Shown here in pieces: positions 36,301 through 45,314 of a stretch of DNA of 64,000 nucleotides. A program made the translations under genes and the position numbers. The stretch's first letter is position 1, and every line of letters begins with the position of its first letter. A model generated the notes under the pieces. That model did not search any database and was not told the DNA's origin. It saw nothing but the letters and a program-made list of their open reading frames with translations. The DNA comes from Vampirovibrio chlorellavorus. GTDB taxonomy: Bacteria > Cyanobacteriota > Vampirovibrionia > Vampirovibrionales > Vampirovibrionaceae. The DNA lies in contig NZ_QFWH01000001.1 of the NCBI RefSeq assembly GCF_003149375.1, positions 24,753 to 88,752 of the forward strand, read 5' to 3'.

Positions 36301-37185
36301 ATGAGCCCATCCTCTTCGCACCCCCTGAGCAGTGACTGGTTTAACCCCCATCCAGTGGGACGCACGCCTTTTTCCAAATCGGGCAAGCCCACCATTTTAA
36401 TGTGTCCGCCCACTTACTTCACCGTATCCTACGCCATTAACCCCTGGATGCAGGAAGCCCCGCCCTGCGATGAAGCGCTGGCCCAGCGACAGTGGGAAAC
36501 CTTGTATAAAACCATCCTCAAAAAAGCGGGAGCCAATGTGGAATTACTGACTCCCGAACCAGGCTTGCCCGATTTGGTGTTTACGGCCAACGCCGCCTTT
36601 GTGTACAACGATATGGCCATTATCGCCCACTACAAGCACCCGGAACGCCGGGCCGAAGAGCCTATTTGCGCCCAGTGGTTTGAAGAACACGGCTTTTTAC
36701 CGGTACTAATGCCGGATCACGTATTTTTTGAAGGGGCGGGCGATGCCCTGATCTGGCAGGATCGGGTCTTTGCCGGTTACAAAACCCGCACCGACATTGC
36801 CTCCCATAGTTTGCTGACCGCAGCGACTGACTTGCCGGTGCTGTCCATGGAGCTGATCAACGATCGCTACTATCACATTGACGTGTGCCTGTGCCCCTTG
36901 CAGGACGGCCACCTGATTTACTCTCCCGACGCCTTTGATGAATACGGCCGAGCGGTCATTGAGGCCAACGTACCGGAGAAAAAGCTGATACCCGTTTCGC
37001 CGGAGGAGGCGGCCCGCTTTGCTTGCAATTCGGTCAACATTGGGGATACGGTCATTTTGAATCAGGGCTCTGGCAAACTGGTGGATGACCTGAAGCAACG
37101 GGGTTTTCAGGTGATTGAAGTGGATCTCAGCGAATTCCTCAAGGCGGGCGGCTCCGCCAAATGCCTGACCCTGCGCATTGCCTGA
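36301..37185 (+). CDS. Amidinotransferase-superfamily enzyme, ArgZ arginine dihydrolase-like
   Basis: LMCPP..F.V.YAINPWM, LPDLVFTANA, FEGAGD, YYHID, terminal GGSAKCLTL with catalytic Cys. Confidence 0.85.
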   Translation: MSPSSSHPLSSDWFNPHPVGRTPFSKSGKPTILMCPPTYFTVSYAINPWMQEAPPCDEALAQRQWETLYKTILKKAGANVELLTPEPGLPDLVFTANAAFVYNDMAIIAHYKHPERRAEEPICAQWFEEHGFLPVLMPDHVFFEGAGDALIWQDRVFAGYKTRTDIASHSLLTAATDLPVLSMELINDRYYHIDVCLCPLQDGHLIYSPDAFDEYGRAVIEANVPEKKLIPVSPEEAARFACNSVNIGDTVILNQGSGKLVDDLKQRGFQVIEVDLSEFLKAGGSAKCLTLRIA

Positions 37186-37279
37186 GTCCGAACCGGACGT
37201 AGCCCAGAGCGCTCGTTTTCAAGAGCGTTTCCTGTCCACAACGCCGTCTGCATGACGCCTGGAAAGCCGCCTGGATCGT

Positions 37280-37957
37280 CTAGATCATACGATTACTGAA
37301 GGTATCCAGCGGACTGTCGTTGGCGGGGAGTGGTGGGGGCTGCAAAGCCGGGGCCGGATTCTCCTCGGGAGTCAGCGAGGTGCCTTCCTCCCCTTCCCCC
37401 ATTCCGGCTTCAGCCGCAGAGGATTTGGCGTCTCCACCCACTTTTTTGGGAATGGTAATCACCAGTTCGGTCTGCTTGCCATTCTGCTCGGTCTGTCGAT
37501 ACACTTGCCCCGGTACCACTTCCTGGGCGGTGCTGAAGGTTTGCATGAAGGACGAAGAGATTGTTTGGCCTTCACTTTGGCTGCCCGTCTGCCCGGAGAC
37601 TTCAATGCGGTGCGGGGTCACCTCCACCTTGATGGCCGAAGAATCCTCCGGCTTGGCCAACGGCACCCGCAGCACATAGGCGCTGGAGGTCTCTTCCACC
37701 ATAATGTCCGTGGTGGGCACAGGCATGCCAAAAATCGAATTCTCCAGATCCGGGAACTTCAGGGGGTCTGGCAGGGAAGGCGCGGGCGTCGCCGGAGCGG
37801 CTTCCCCCTCCGGGCCGTTGGCGCTGGCTTGCCCCAACAGGTTGTCCAGGTGCTGCCGGGCATCGTTGGAGGACGCCCCTTGCCAGAGCAGAATAACGGC
37901 CAACAAGAGGGCAGCCCCCGTGAACACGTATAGCCCGGCAGTCCGTCGGTTTCTCAT
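37280..37957 (-). CDS. Membrane-anchored or exported Hsp20/alpha-crystallin-like domain protein
   Basis: N-terminal TM; TDIMVEETSSAYVLRVPL...IKVEVTPHRIEVSG...SFMQTF...ELVITIPK resembles an ACD. Confidence 0.6.
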   Translation of the reverse strand: MRNRRTAGLYVFTGAALLLAVILLWQGASSNDARQHLDNLLGQASANGPEGEAAPATPAPSLPDPLKFPDLENSIFGMPVPTTDIMVEETSSAYVLRVPLAKPEDSSAIKVEVTPHRIEVSGQTGSQSEGQTISSSFMQTFSTAQEVVPGQVYRQTEQNGKQTELVITIPKKVGGDAKSSAAEAGMGEGEEGTSLTPEENPAPALQPPPLPANDSPLDTFSNRMI

Positions 37958-38382
37958 GGCTTGAACTCAAAGCCCTCTTTTCGATAGGTGGCCACAATGG
38001 TACTGGAAATAGCGCCACGAGCGCTAAAATCGCCAGTCACTTCCATAAAGCGGGGCTGGCAGGTGGCCACCAGGTCATCCAGAATCTGATTGGTCACCGC
38101 TTCATAAAAAATGCCCCGGTTCCGGTAGCTGAGGAAGTAATACTTCAGGGATTTCAGCTCCAGACATTTCTGATCGGCCACGTAGTCAATGCTGATGGTG
38201 CCAAAATCCGGCAGGCCGGTTTTGGGGCAAACCGAGGTAAATTCGGCCACTTTGATGGAATTGACGTAATCCCGGTTGGGACGGGGATTGTCAAAGGTAT
38301 CAATCACCGGGGCTTCGGTGTACATTTTTTGCTTTTCAAGTTCGCTTAAGCTACCAGTGGGGGTCATCAGACGTCTTTCCAT
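37954..38382 (-). CDS. queF: NADPH-dependent preQ0 reductase (QueF type I)
   Basis: EFTSVCPKTGLPDFG, ELKSLKYYFLSYRNRGIFYE, RGAIS. Confidence 0.95.
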   Translation of the reverse strand: MERRLMTPTGSLSELEKQKMYTEAPVIDTFDNPRPNRDYVNSIKVAEFTSVCPKTGLPDFGTISIDYVADQKCLELKSLKYYFLSYRNRGIFYEAVTNQILDDLVATCQPRFMEVTGDFSARGAISSTIVATYRKEGFEFKP

Positions 38383-38446
38383 TAATCTGCTACAACAAGC
38401 ACATTATACGGAACATAGTCCCTAAATTCCATTCGCGAACACAGTT

Positions 38447-40783
38447 TCAAGCGTTATTCTGATTTCGCTGGGTAAAGTAGGCATCCACCAGCCGATCAAT
38501 GCTACGGCCCAGAAATCGGTTGCTGTGCAGCAGTACGTCCTGGCTAAACGTATCTATGGCATCCGAAATGGACTCACTATGGGGAAGTACCGTTTCTTTC
38601 GCCAGCTCAGAGGCAATTCTGGATTCCAGCAAGAGCGCAAGCTCCGCCATATTTTCAGGCACGAGTTTTTCAGGCGATGGCTTTGCGGGCTCCGGCTGAG
38701 ACTCGGCGGTCACTTGCGGTTCTGGTGAAGCCGCCGTGGTGGGCGATTCCCGGTCGGCCAGATCTGTTGGCTCCATACTCGTACCCGATTCCATATCGGA
38801 CGGAGGCCAGCCGTCCGGCCCGGCTGTGTCATCGCTGCTGCCAGATCCCAGCAAGTCAGAGTCCAGCAAGAAAGAGGCGTAACTGTTGTCTGGAAGGGCT
38901 TTGGTAGCCTGCTCTTCCATACTGTCCCGATCATCGCTGTTTTGACCATCGCTATCCTGCTCTTCAGAGGCCCACAGGTTGGCGCGGAAGCTCAGCTCGC
39001 TTTCCGGCTCGGTGTAATACTGGTCGTAAGACAGGTTGTCGAGGAACGCAGCGGCGGGCTGTGGCGCTTCATCCAGCACAAAGGCTTCCGCGGGGGCGTC
39101 CGGATCTTCGTAATGGCCAAAATCATAGGAGTCCAGATTGTCGTGCCCCTTCAGGCCCTGAGCCTCATCCCCGAAGTAATGCTCCAGAATATCCGCGTCC
39201 GAAGGCTCGACACTGTCAGCCAGAACAACTGAAGGCGATATTTCAGAGGGCGGCATTTCAGGGGGTAGACCGGGTTGGCCCGGAAGTTCGGCGGGATCGG
39301 CGGTGCCCAGCAGAATGCGGTCCAGATCGAACGTCTCGTCATCCAGGCTCAAGCCATCCGGCAACGGCAGACCCAAGTCATCCGGCAAGGACGGGGCTAC
39401 AACCTCTGGGGGGGTGTCAAACAATGACACAGGACTTTCCGGGCTTCCCAGAATCTCAGGCCCCAATTGCAGATCATCCATTGCCGAGGCAAACCCCTCC
39501 GAAGGAACGGCATTGGGTGGCACTGAATCTGGCAATATCGGCAAGCGGAACTCGTCCTGCCCACCCGGCAGGGAAACTGCATCCGATGCCTGAGCCATCC
39601 CCTGAGCCATCCAGAGATCGACGGGGCTCATCGCATCGGCAGGCTCCCAAGGGTTGAAGGGATTTGCCGACAGTGGAGGACTATCCGTCTGGCCAGCAGA
39701 CTGAGCCTCCGGGGTTGGATACAGGAAAAAGGCTTCTGAATGCTGAACGAGATTTTCAGCCGAATGATCAGCCGAGCTTTCAGCGTCCCAGCCTTCAGCC
39801 TCCGGGAACGATGCGGCCTGTACCGAGGCCGGGAAGGTATTAACGGTACTCATCAGGGCATCATCGGCACCGGATGGCTTTAGGAAACTATCAAAGGCAA
39901 ACCAGTCCTCAGGGGAGGTGGCGGGCTCCGGCGCCACCGGGGCAAAAATACCCGTGAGTGGATAAATCCCGGCTGCAGGATCGTCAACTGCATCATCAAC
40001 AGTCACAGGGACATGCACAGGGGTCTCTACCGGAGGCAACGGTCGGGTTTCCAGCGTGTTGGGCAGTGCGCTTGGCATTGCGTCCAGCATTGGATCTTGC
40101 AGTGCCTCCGGGGAGGAAACGGGGAAGGCACTAAAGGGGGCGTTCAGATCCACAGAAGGCCCCTCAAAATAAGGGCTCAGCCCGGGTGTTTCCGTCTCTT
40201 CCGGCGCTAACAGGAACGCCTGCGTGCTGGCATGCCCGGACGATAAGTCGGTGCCCTGCGGTGGTGAAAGTGGATCAAGGCCCGGCACCGGATCGAGCCA
40301 CTCTGTGGGCATTTCAAGGGAAGGATGAAAAGGAGCAGCCTCCACTGAGGACGAAGCCTGGGACGGAGGCCCGCTGTGCTTTGAACCGGTGGCGATCAAC
40401 TCCAGTTGATGCTTTTCAAAAAAGTCGGAGAGATCTTTCGGGCTGGTGGCCGGAACAGGAGAAGAGCCCGTAGCAGGTTCATCATCTGCTGGCTGGGATT
40501 CTTCCGCCGGAAGAAGAGCCAGATCCTCAAAAGAAGGGGCTGGCGGGGAGAACGCCTCCGGCTGAACCATCGATTCAGGTGCGCTGGCAGATCCTGCAAA
40601 CCCCACAGATCCCGCTGAGTCCAAGGAGTCCACTGATCTGGACTGAGCCAAAGGAGCGGCGGTGAGGGTATCCGGTTCGTCCGGGCTGGCCAAAATCACA
40701 CCGGGAGGCAATTCCATTTTCTGGACTTGCTTTGGCGTGAGGGGGCTGGGGTTCGTTTTTTTTGAGAAAGGCCAGAGATTCAC
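38447..40783 (-). CDS. Long acidic, Pro/Ser/Ala/Asp/Glu-rich low-complexity protein (778 aa)
   Basis: Uninterrupted ORF with GAGAGGAG RBS; very few Lys/Arg; helical-looking C-terminal ~60 aa. Confidence 0.8.
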   Translation of the reverse strand: MNLWPFSKKTNPSPLTPKQVQKMELPPGVILASPDEPDTLTAAPLAQSRSVDSLDSAGSVGFAGSASAPESMVQPEAFSPPAPSFEDLALLPAEESQPADDEPATGSSPVPATSPKDLSDFFEKHQLELIATGSKHSGPPSQASSSVEAAPFHPSLEMPTEWLDPVPGLDPLSPPQGTDLSSGHASTQAFLLAPEETETPGLSPYFEGPSVDLNAPFSAFPVSSPEALQDPMLDAMPSALPNTLETRPLPPVETPVHVPVTVDDAVDDPAAGIYPLTGIFAPVAPEPATSPEDWFAFDSFLKPSGADDALMSTVNTFPASVQAASFPEAEGWDAESSADHSAENLVQHSEAFFLYPTPEAQSAGQTDSPPLSANPFNPWEPADAMSPVDLWMAQGMAQASDAVSLPGGQDEFRLPILPDSVPPNAVPSEGFASAMDDLQLGPEILGSPESPVSLFDTPPEVVAPSLPDDLGLPLPDGLSLDDETFDLDRILLGTADPAELPGQPGLPPEMPPSEISPSVVLADSVEPSDADILEHYFGDEAQGLKGHDNLDSYDFGHYEDPDAPAEAFVLDEAPQPAAAFLDNLSYDQYYTEPESELSFRANLWASEEQDSDGQNSDDRDSMEEQATKALPDNSYASFLLDSDLLGSGSSDDTAGPDGWPPSDMESGTSMEPTDLADRESPTTAASPEPQVTAESQPEPAKPSPEKLVPENMAELALLLESRIASELAKETVLPHSESISDAIDTFSQDVLLHSNRFLGRSIDRLVDAYFTQRNQNNA

Positions 40784-41134
40784 GAGCGGAGGTCTCCTCT
40801 CAATGGGGATGGCAAATTGGGATTATTGGATGATTCGGCAAATCCAAAAATATCTTCAATGCTTTTTGGTACTTTTCAGGACCAATCCTGCGAGATCATT
40901 GTTCCGCCTGCCTTTTGAGAGCAAAAACCGCTTAACATACCTTTAGGGTTGACGGCAAAAGACCGGGACGGCATCGTATTTTTCGGTATACTCTTACTGT
41001 TCAGTGTTAAGCATGTATTTTCGGGGTTGGTAGCACGATTTCTTTTTGTGCGCCGTTAATAAAGCAAGCGGAACGTGGTAAATCGTGACTCAGTAGTGAT
41101 TCAGTCAGTTCAGTTCAGTCAATAAGGAATAGCA

Positions 41135-41188
41135 ATGGCGCTTTCTCGCAAACAATGGACTCTTTTTAACAGTAAGGGGGCAAATTAG
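41135..41188 (+). CDS. Possible 17-aa leader peptide/uORF
   Basis: MALSRKQWTLFNSKGAN* after an AAGGA RBS; its TAG shares a G with GTG 41188. Confidence 0.3.
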   Translation: MALSRKQWTLFNSKGAN

Positions 41189-42516
41189 TGGGAATTTCTA
41201 TGGCAAGGCTGACAAAGCCCTCATTGGTGGTTCAAGTGGTCGCGGGTATGGTGCTGGGTATTGCCCTGGGCCACTTTTGGCCGGAAGTGGGCGTTCAAAT
41301 CAAACCGCTCTCCGACATTTTTTTACGTATGATCAAAATGCTGATTGCCCCGCTGATTTTTGCCACTTTGGTCATCGGAATCGCGGGCACCGGTAGCCAC
41401 AAGAACCTGGGGCGCCTGGGGGCCAAAACCCTGATTTATTTTGAACTGGCCACCATACCGGCCCTGATTATCGGCATGGTGGTTGCCAACCTGTTGCGTC
41501 CCGGTGACGGCATCGATATGAGCGCCCTGAGCGCCAAAGGGGTGGCCCAGTTGGGCGCCATTACCGGCAATATCGAAACCGTTCAGCACCACACCCTGTG
41601 GGATACGCTGGTCAATATGGTTCCCACCAGCGTGATTGACGCCATGGCCAGGGGCGATATTTTACAGCTAGTGGTGTTTTCCGTGTTTTTTGCCCTGGCT
41701 ATTCTTTCTGCCGGAGAAAAAGCCCGCCCCATCCTGGGGGTGCTGCAATCCCTGTCTGAAATCATGTTTGAATTTGTGAACAAAGTCATGGCCTTTGCCC
41801 CCATGGGGGTCATGGCGGCCATTGCGGCCACCGTCGGGGCGAACGGACTGAAGATTCTGCTGGTATACGCCAAACTAGTGGGCGCTTTGTACTTCGCTCT
41901 GGGGATTTTCGTTCTGCTGGTGCTTTGCTCCGCCTGCGCCATCGCCCGCATTCCATTCCTCCGCCTGATGAAAGCCATCAAAGAGCCCTTTCTGCTGGCT
42001 TTCTCCACGGCCAGCAGCGAATCCGCCTTGCCCAAGGCCATGGAAGTAATGGAACGCTTTGGCGTTCCTAAAAATGTGGTTAGCTTTGTCATGCCCACGG
42101 GGTACAGCTTCAACCTGGATGGCAGCACGCTGTATGTGGCCTTGGCCGCCCTGTTCGTGGCCCAAATGGCCCACGTGGAAATGAGCCTGCAAAGCCAGCT
42201 GGTGATGCTACTGACCCTGATTCTCACCACCAAAGGGGTGGCGGCGGTACCCAAAGCCTCACTGGTAGTTCTGGCGGCCACCCTCAGCGCCTTTCACCTG
42301 CCCATGGAAGGGGTGGCTGTCATTCTGGGCATCGATCACTTCCTGGACATGGGCCGTACCTCCATCAATCTGGTGGGCAACTGCGTGGCCTCCGCCGTGG
42401 TGGCCCGTTGGGAAGGCGTGTTTGACGATGACAAGATGAACGTTTTTGGCACCGAAAATGAGGTGTTTGAAGAGGAAACAGTCAACGAATCCATTCGCAC
42501 CCCCCTGTTGGTGTGA
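41188..42516 (+). CDS. Dicarboxylate/amino acid:cation symporter (GltP/DctA family)
   Basis: FLRMIKMLIAPLIF, AFSTASSE, PTGYSFNLDG, DMGRTSINLVGN; start may be ATG 41200. Confidence 0.93.
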   Translation: MGISMARLTKPSLVVQVVAGMVLGIALGHFWPEVGVQIKPLSDIFLRMIKMLIAPLIFATLVIGIAGTGSHKNLGRLGAKTLIYFELATIPALIIGMVVANLLRPGDGIDMSALSAKGVAQLGAITGNIETVQHHTLWDTLVNMVPTSVIDAMARGDILQLVVFSVFFALAILSAGEKARPILGVLQSLSEIMFEFVNKVMAFAPMGVMAAIAATVGANGLKILLVYAKLVGALYFALGIFVLLVLCSACAIARIPFLRLMKAIKEPFLLAFSTASSESALPKAMEVMERFGVPKNVVSFVMPTGYSFNLDGSTLYVALAALFVAQMAHVEMSLQSQLVMLLTLILTTKGVAAVPKASLVVLAATLSAFHLPMEGVAVILGIDHFLDMGRTSINLVGNCVASAVVARWEGVFDDDKMNVFGTENEVFEEETVNESIRTPLLV

Positions 42517-42545
42517 CCAAAGGGCTTTCAGGCCTTACATTCAGG

Positions 42546-42577
42546 AAGGATGGTCTCATCGCCGGGACCATCCTTTT
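42546..42577 (+). terminator. Terminator after the symporter gene
   Basis: AAGGATGGTCTC-atcgcc-GGGACCATCCTT then TT. Confidence 0.75.
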
Positions 42578-42685
42578 AAATTTCAGGTCAAGTTTCAGAG
42601 CAACTTTCGGGGCATGCCTTGCATCAGGCAGGGCTTCAGGAGACAATAAACCCAGTTTGCCCCACCCCCACAGGAGCGTATAACA

Positions 42686-43558
42686 ATGACTTCGCCCGCC
42701 ACCGCTTGCATTCTCGATGGCAAGCTGACTTCCCGGAATTTACTGGACTCACTGTCTCTGGAACTGGCCCAACTCAAGGCACAAGGATTGTCACTGCCCA
42801 AACTGGTGGTGGTTCTGGTGGGGGATGACCCGGCCAGTCAGGTTTATGTGGGCAAAAAAGCCAAAACCGCCCAGAAGATCGGCATGTTGTCTGAACTATT
42901 GACCTACCCTGCCGAGATTTCGCAGACGGAACTGTTGTCCGTAATCGCCCGCCTGAATCAGGACGCCAGTGTGCAGGGTATTCTGGTGCAATTGCCCCTG
43001 CCCAGGCATATCGATACCCTGTCTGTCATTCGAGCCATTGACCCCAAAAAAGATGTGGACGGTCTGCATCCCCTGAATATGGGCCTGCTGATGAGCGGTG
43101 ACCCCTCGGCCTGCAAGCCCTGCACCCCAGCTGGGGTCATGACCCTGCTCAAAGCCTATAACGTCCCGCTGGCGGGTAAAAACGCCGTGGTACTGGGACG
43201 CTCTAACATTGTGGGCAAGCCCATGGGCTTGCTATTGCTGCAGGAGAACGCCACGGTGACCTATTGCCACAGTAAAACCGCCGATTTGCCCGCAGTGTGC
43301 CGAGAGGCCGATATTCTGGTGGCAGCGGTGGGTGTACCCAATCTGGTGACAGCCGATTTCATCAAGCCGGGGGCCGCCGTCATTGATGTGGGCATTAACC
43401 GCCTGGATGGCAAGCTGGTGGGCGATGTAGACTTTGCCAGCGCCAGTCAAAAGGCCGGTTTCATCACCCCGGTGCCCGGTGGGGTGGGCCCCATGACCAT
43501 TGCCACCCTCATGGCCAACACCCTGTTTCTCTATCGGCAAGGTCAACGCAACGCATAG
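42686..43558 (+). CDS. folD: Methylenetetrahydrofolate dehydrogenase/cyclohydrolase
   Basis: VGDDPASQVYV, ILVQLPLP, KDVDG, PCTP, GRSNIVGKP, TPVPGGVGPMT. Confidence 0.96.
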   Translation: MTSPATACILDGKLTSRNLLDSLSLELAQLKAQGLSLPKLVVVLVGDDPASQVYVGKKAKTAQKIGMLSELLTYPAEISQTELLSVIARLNQDASVQGILVQLPLPRHIDTLSVIRAIDPKKDVDGLHPLNMGLLMSGDPSACKPCTPAGVMTLLKAYNVPLAGKNAVVLGRSNIVGKPMGLLLLQENATVTYCHSKTADLPAVCREADILVAAVGVPNLVTADFIKPGAAVIDVGINRLDGKLVGDVDFASASQKAGFITPVPGGVGPMTIATLMANTLFLYRQGQRNA

Positions 43559-43707
43559 ACACAGTCTGCGGATACTTCCAAGGGCCAATCAGGGTTTAAA
43601 GCCTGATTGGGCGCAGGGACAAGCCCGCCTGTTTGTGGTATATTGAGCCCAATAGTTCGGGTTTGATTTCCGTATAATCTCGACTGAAATGAAAGAGGAG
43701 GCCCATA

Positions 43708-44304
43708 ATGCCCGCCACCCAAGTGAAGCCCTATGAGGCTCAAACTTATAATTTGCAACTGGATGGTATTTCCGCTGAGCAGCTGGAAACCCACTACGCC
43801 CTGTACAAAGGCTATGTCACCAACACCAACACCCTGAACGACAAACTGTCCGAGCTGCGGGAAGCCGGAAAAGTCGGCACCCCGGAGTACAACGAGATTC
43901 GTCGTCGCCTGGCCTTTGAATACGATGGCATTCGCCTGCACGAGTACTACTTTGAAAACATGATCGGCAACGGCGGCGCTGCCCCCACCAGCGGCAAACT
44001 GGCCGAAGCCCTGAAAGAATACTTTGGCAGCGTGGATGCCTGGGTGGCTGATTTCAAAGCCACTGGGGCCATGCGAGGCATCGGCTGGGCGGTGTTGTAC
44101 CAGGATCCCATCACCGGCCGCCTGCAAAACTTCTGGATCACCGACCACGAGAACGGCCACCCCGCTGGCTTCACCCCCATTCTGGTGATGGATGTATGGG
44201 AACACGCTTACGTGGGCGACTACAAAGCCACCGAGCGCGGCAAATACATCGAAGCATTCTTCCGCAACATCAACTGGAAAGTGGTGGAATCCCGCCTGAA
44301 GTAG
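43708..44304 (+). CDS. Fe/Mn superoxide dismutase family protein (divergent subfamily)
   Basis: C-terminal DVWEHAY; His ligands in ETHYALY and RLHEYYF; GIGWA. Confidence 0.88.
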   Translation: MPATQVKPYEAQTYNLQLDGISAEQLETHYALYKGYVTNTNTLNDKLSELREAGKVGTPEYNEIRRRLAFEYDGIRLHEYYFENMIGNGGAAPTSGKLAEALKEYFGSVDAWVADFKATGAMRGIGWAVLYQDPITGRLQNFWITDHENGHPAGFTPILVMDVWEHAYVGDYKATERGKYIEAFFRNINWKVVESRLK

Positions 44305-44327
44305 GCTAACCGCCCTCCATAAACTCT

Positions 44328-44376
44328 AAAAATACCCTGATACGCCTTGTTAGGAGTGCGGTCAGGGTATTTTTTT
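44328..44376. terminator. Bidirectional terminator after sod
   Basis: AAAAATACCCTGA ... TCAGGGTATTTTTTT 13-bp inverted repeat. Confidence 0.85.
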
Positions 44377-44440
44377 GGTGGGTTGGTCCAAATTTTAAAT
44401 GCTGATTGATTCTTAAATGGGAAAATTTTCTAATTAAGAA

Positions 44441-44833
44441 TCAATCTAATTTAGGAATTTCTGATTGCGGATAGGGCGGCAGACGTTCCCCGGCGTCCCG
44501 ATGTTCAAGCAGCCTGTTCAAAAGCAATCGGGAGCCAATAATCACTTGCTCCAAAGAGAACGGCGGCGAATACTCGAATTGTCGGGCCACCGCGTCCAGC
44601 TTTTCCAGCCCGGATTGCAGCTTGTTACGCGCCCCCACGGCATTGCCCCGCTGCCAGTGGTAAAAACCGACGCCCACCTGGAGCAAGCCCTGCAAGCAAG
44701 TCTTTTCGGGGCCCGACGGCAGGGGACGCCAGAGTTCTTCCAGCACCTCATGGCACTCAAAAAAGGCCTGTCGATTGAACAGCGCCATCGCCTCTGTCAG
44801 CAAGGCTTCAGCGTCCGACTTTAAATCGCTCAT
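44441..44833 (-). CDS. DUF309 family protein
   Basis: LFNRQAFFECHEVLEELW, LQGLLQVGVGFYH..RGN..GA. Confidence 0.88.
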   Translation of the reverse strand: MSDLKSDAEALLTEAMALFNRQAFFECHEVLEELWRPLPSGPEKTCLQGLLQVGVGFYHWQRGNAVGARNKLQSGLEKLDAVARQFEYSPPFSLEQVIIGSRLLLNRLLEHRDAGERLPPYPQSEIPKLD

Positions 44834-44905
44834 CGTGCCCCATCAGCTTTCAGAACCATAGTCACCAGCGAATGGTAACACACTCAAAGCCGGGGTTTCC
44901 GTGGC

Positions 44906-45262
44906 TCAAGTGTCCGTTTTCAGCAGGGTGGGCGTGAGGCCCTGCTTTTTCATGGATTCCAGAAAACGGTTGGCCGCCTGACGCTGAATGGCCGGGGGAA
45001 CCACCCGCAGCAATTCCACGGCTTTAGAGACAATGGGATCCTGATCGTACCAGCGATTGCCCATTTTTTCGGGCTTGGCCAGCTGATAAAACTTCTCCAG
45101 GGCCTCTTTGCCGATTTGCTCTTCGACTTTACGGAGAAAGGTCTCGGCCTGTTCCCGGACATCAGCGGGATAGGCCCGCAGCAATTCCAGCACCTCACCG
45201 AGCAGAGGATCCTGATCGTACCAGCGCCGGGGGGTACCCGAGGGATTGGATGTTTCGCTCAT
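44906..45262 (-). CDS. Hypothetical protein built from two ~57-aa repeats (RWYDQDP)
   Basis: RRWYDQDPLLGEVLELLR / NRWYDQDPIVSKAVELLR; exact 20-nt DNA repeat at 45036-45055 and 45207-45226. Confidence 0.8.
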   Translation of the reverse strand: MSETSNPSGTPRRWYDQDPLLGEVLELLRAYPADVREQAETFLRKVEEQIGKEALEKFYQLAKPEKMGNRWYDQDPIVSKAVELLRVVPPAIQRQAANRFLESMKKQGLTPTLLKTDT

Positions 45263-45314
45263 GGAAGATTACCGATTACTCTCTCTATCCTGCCGAGATA
45301 GCTGTGTTCAATGT

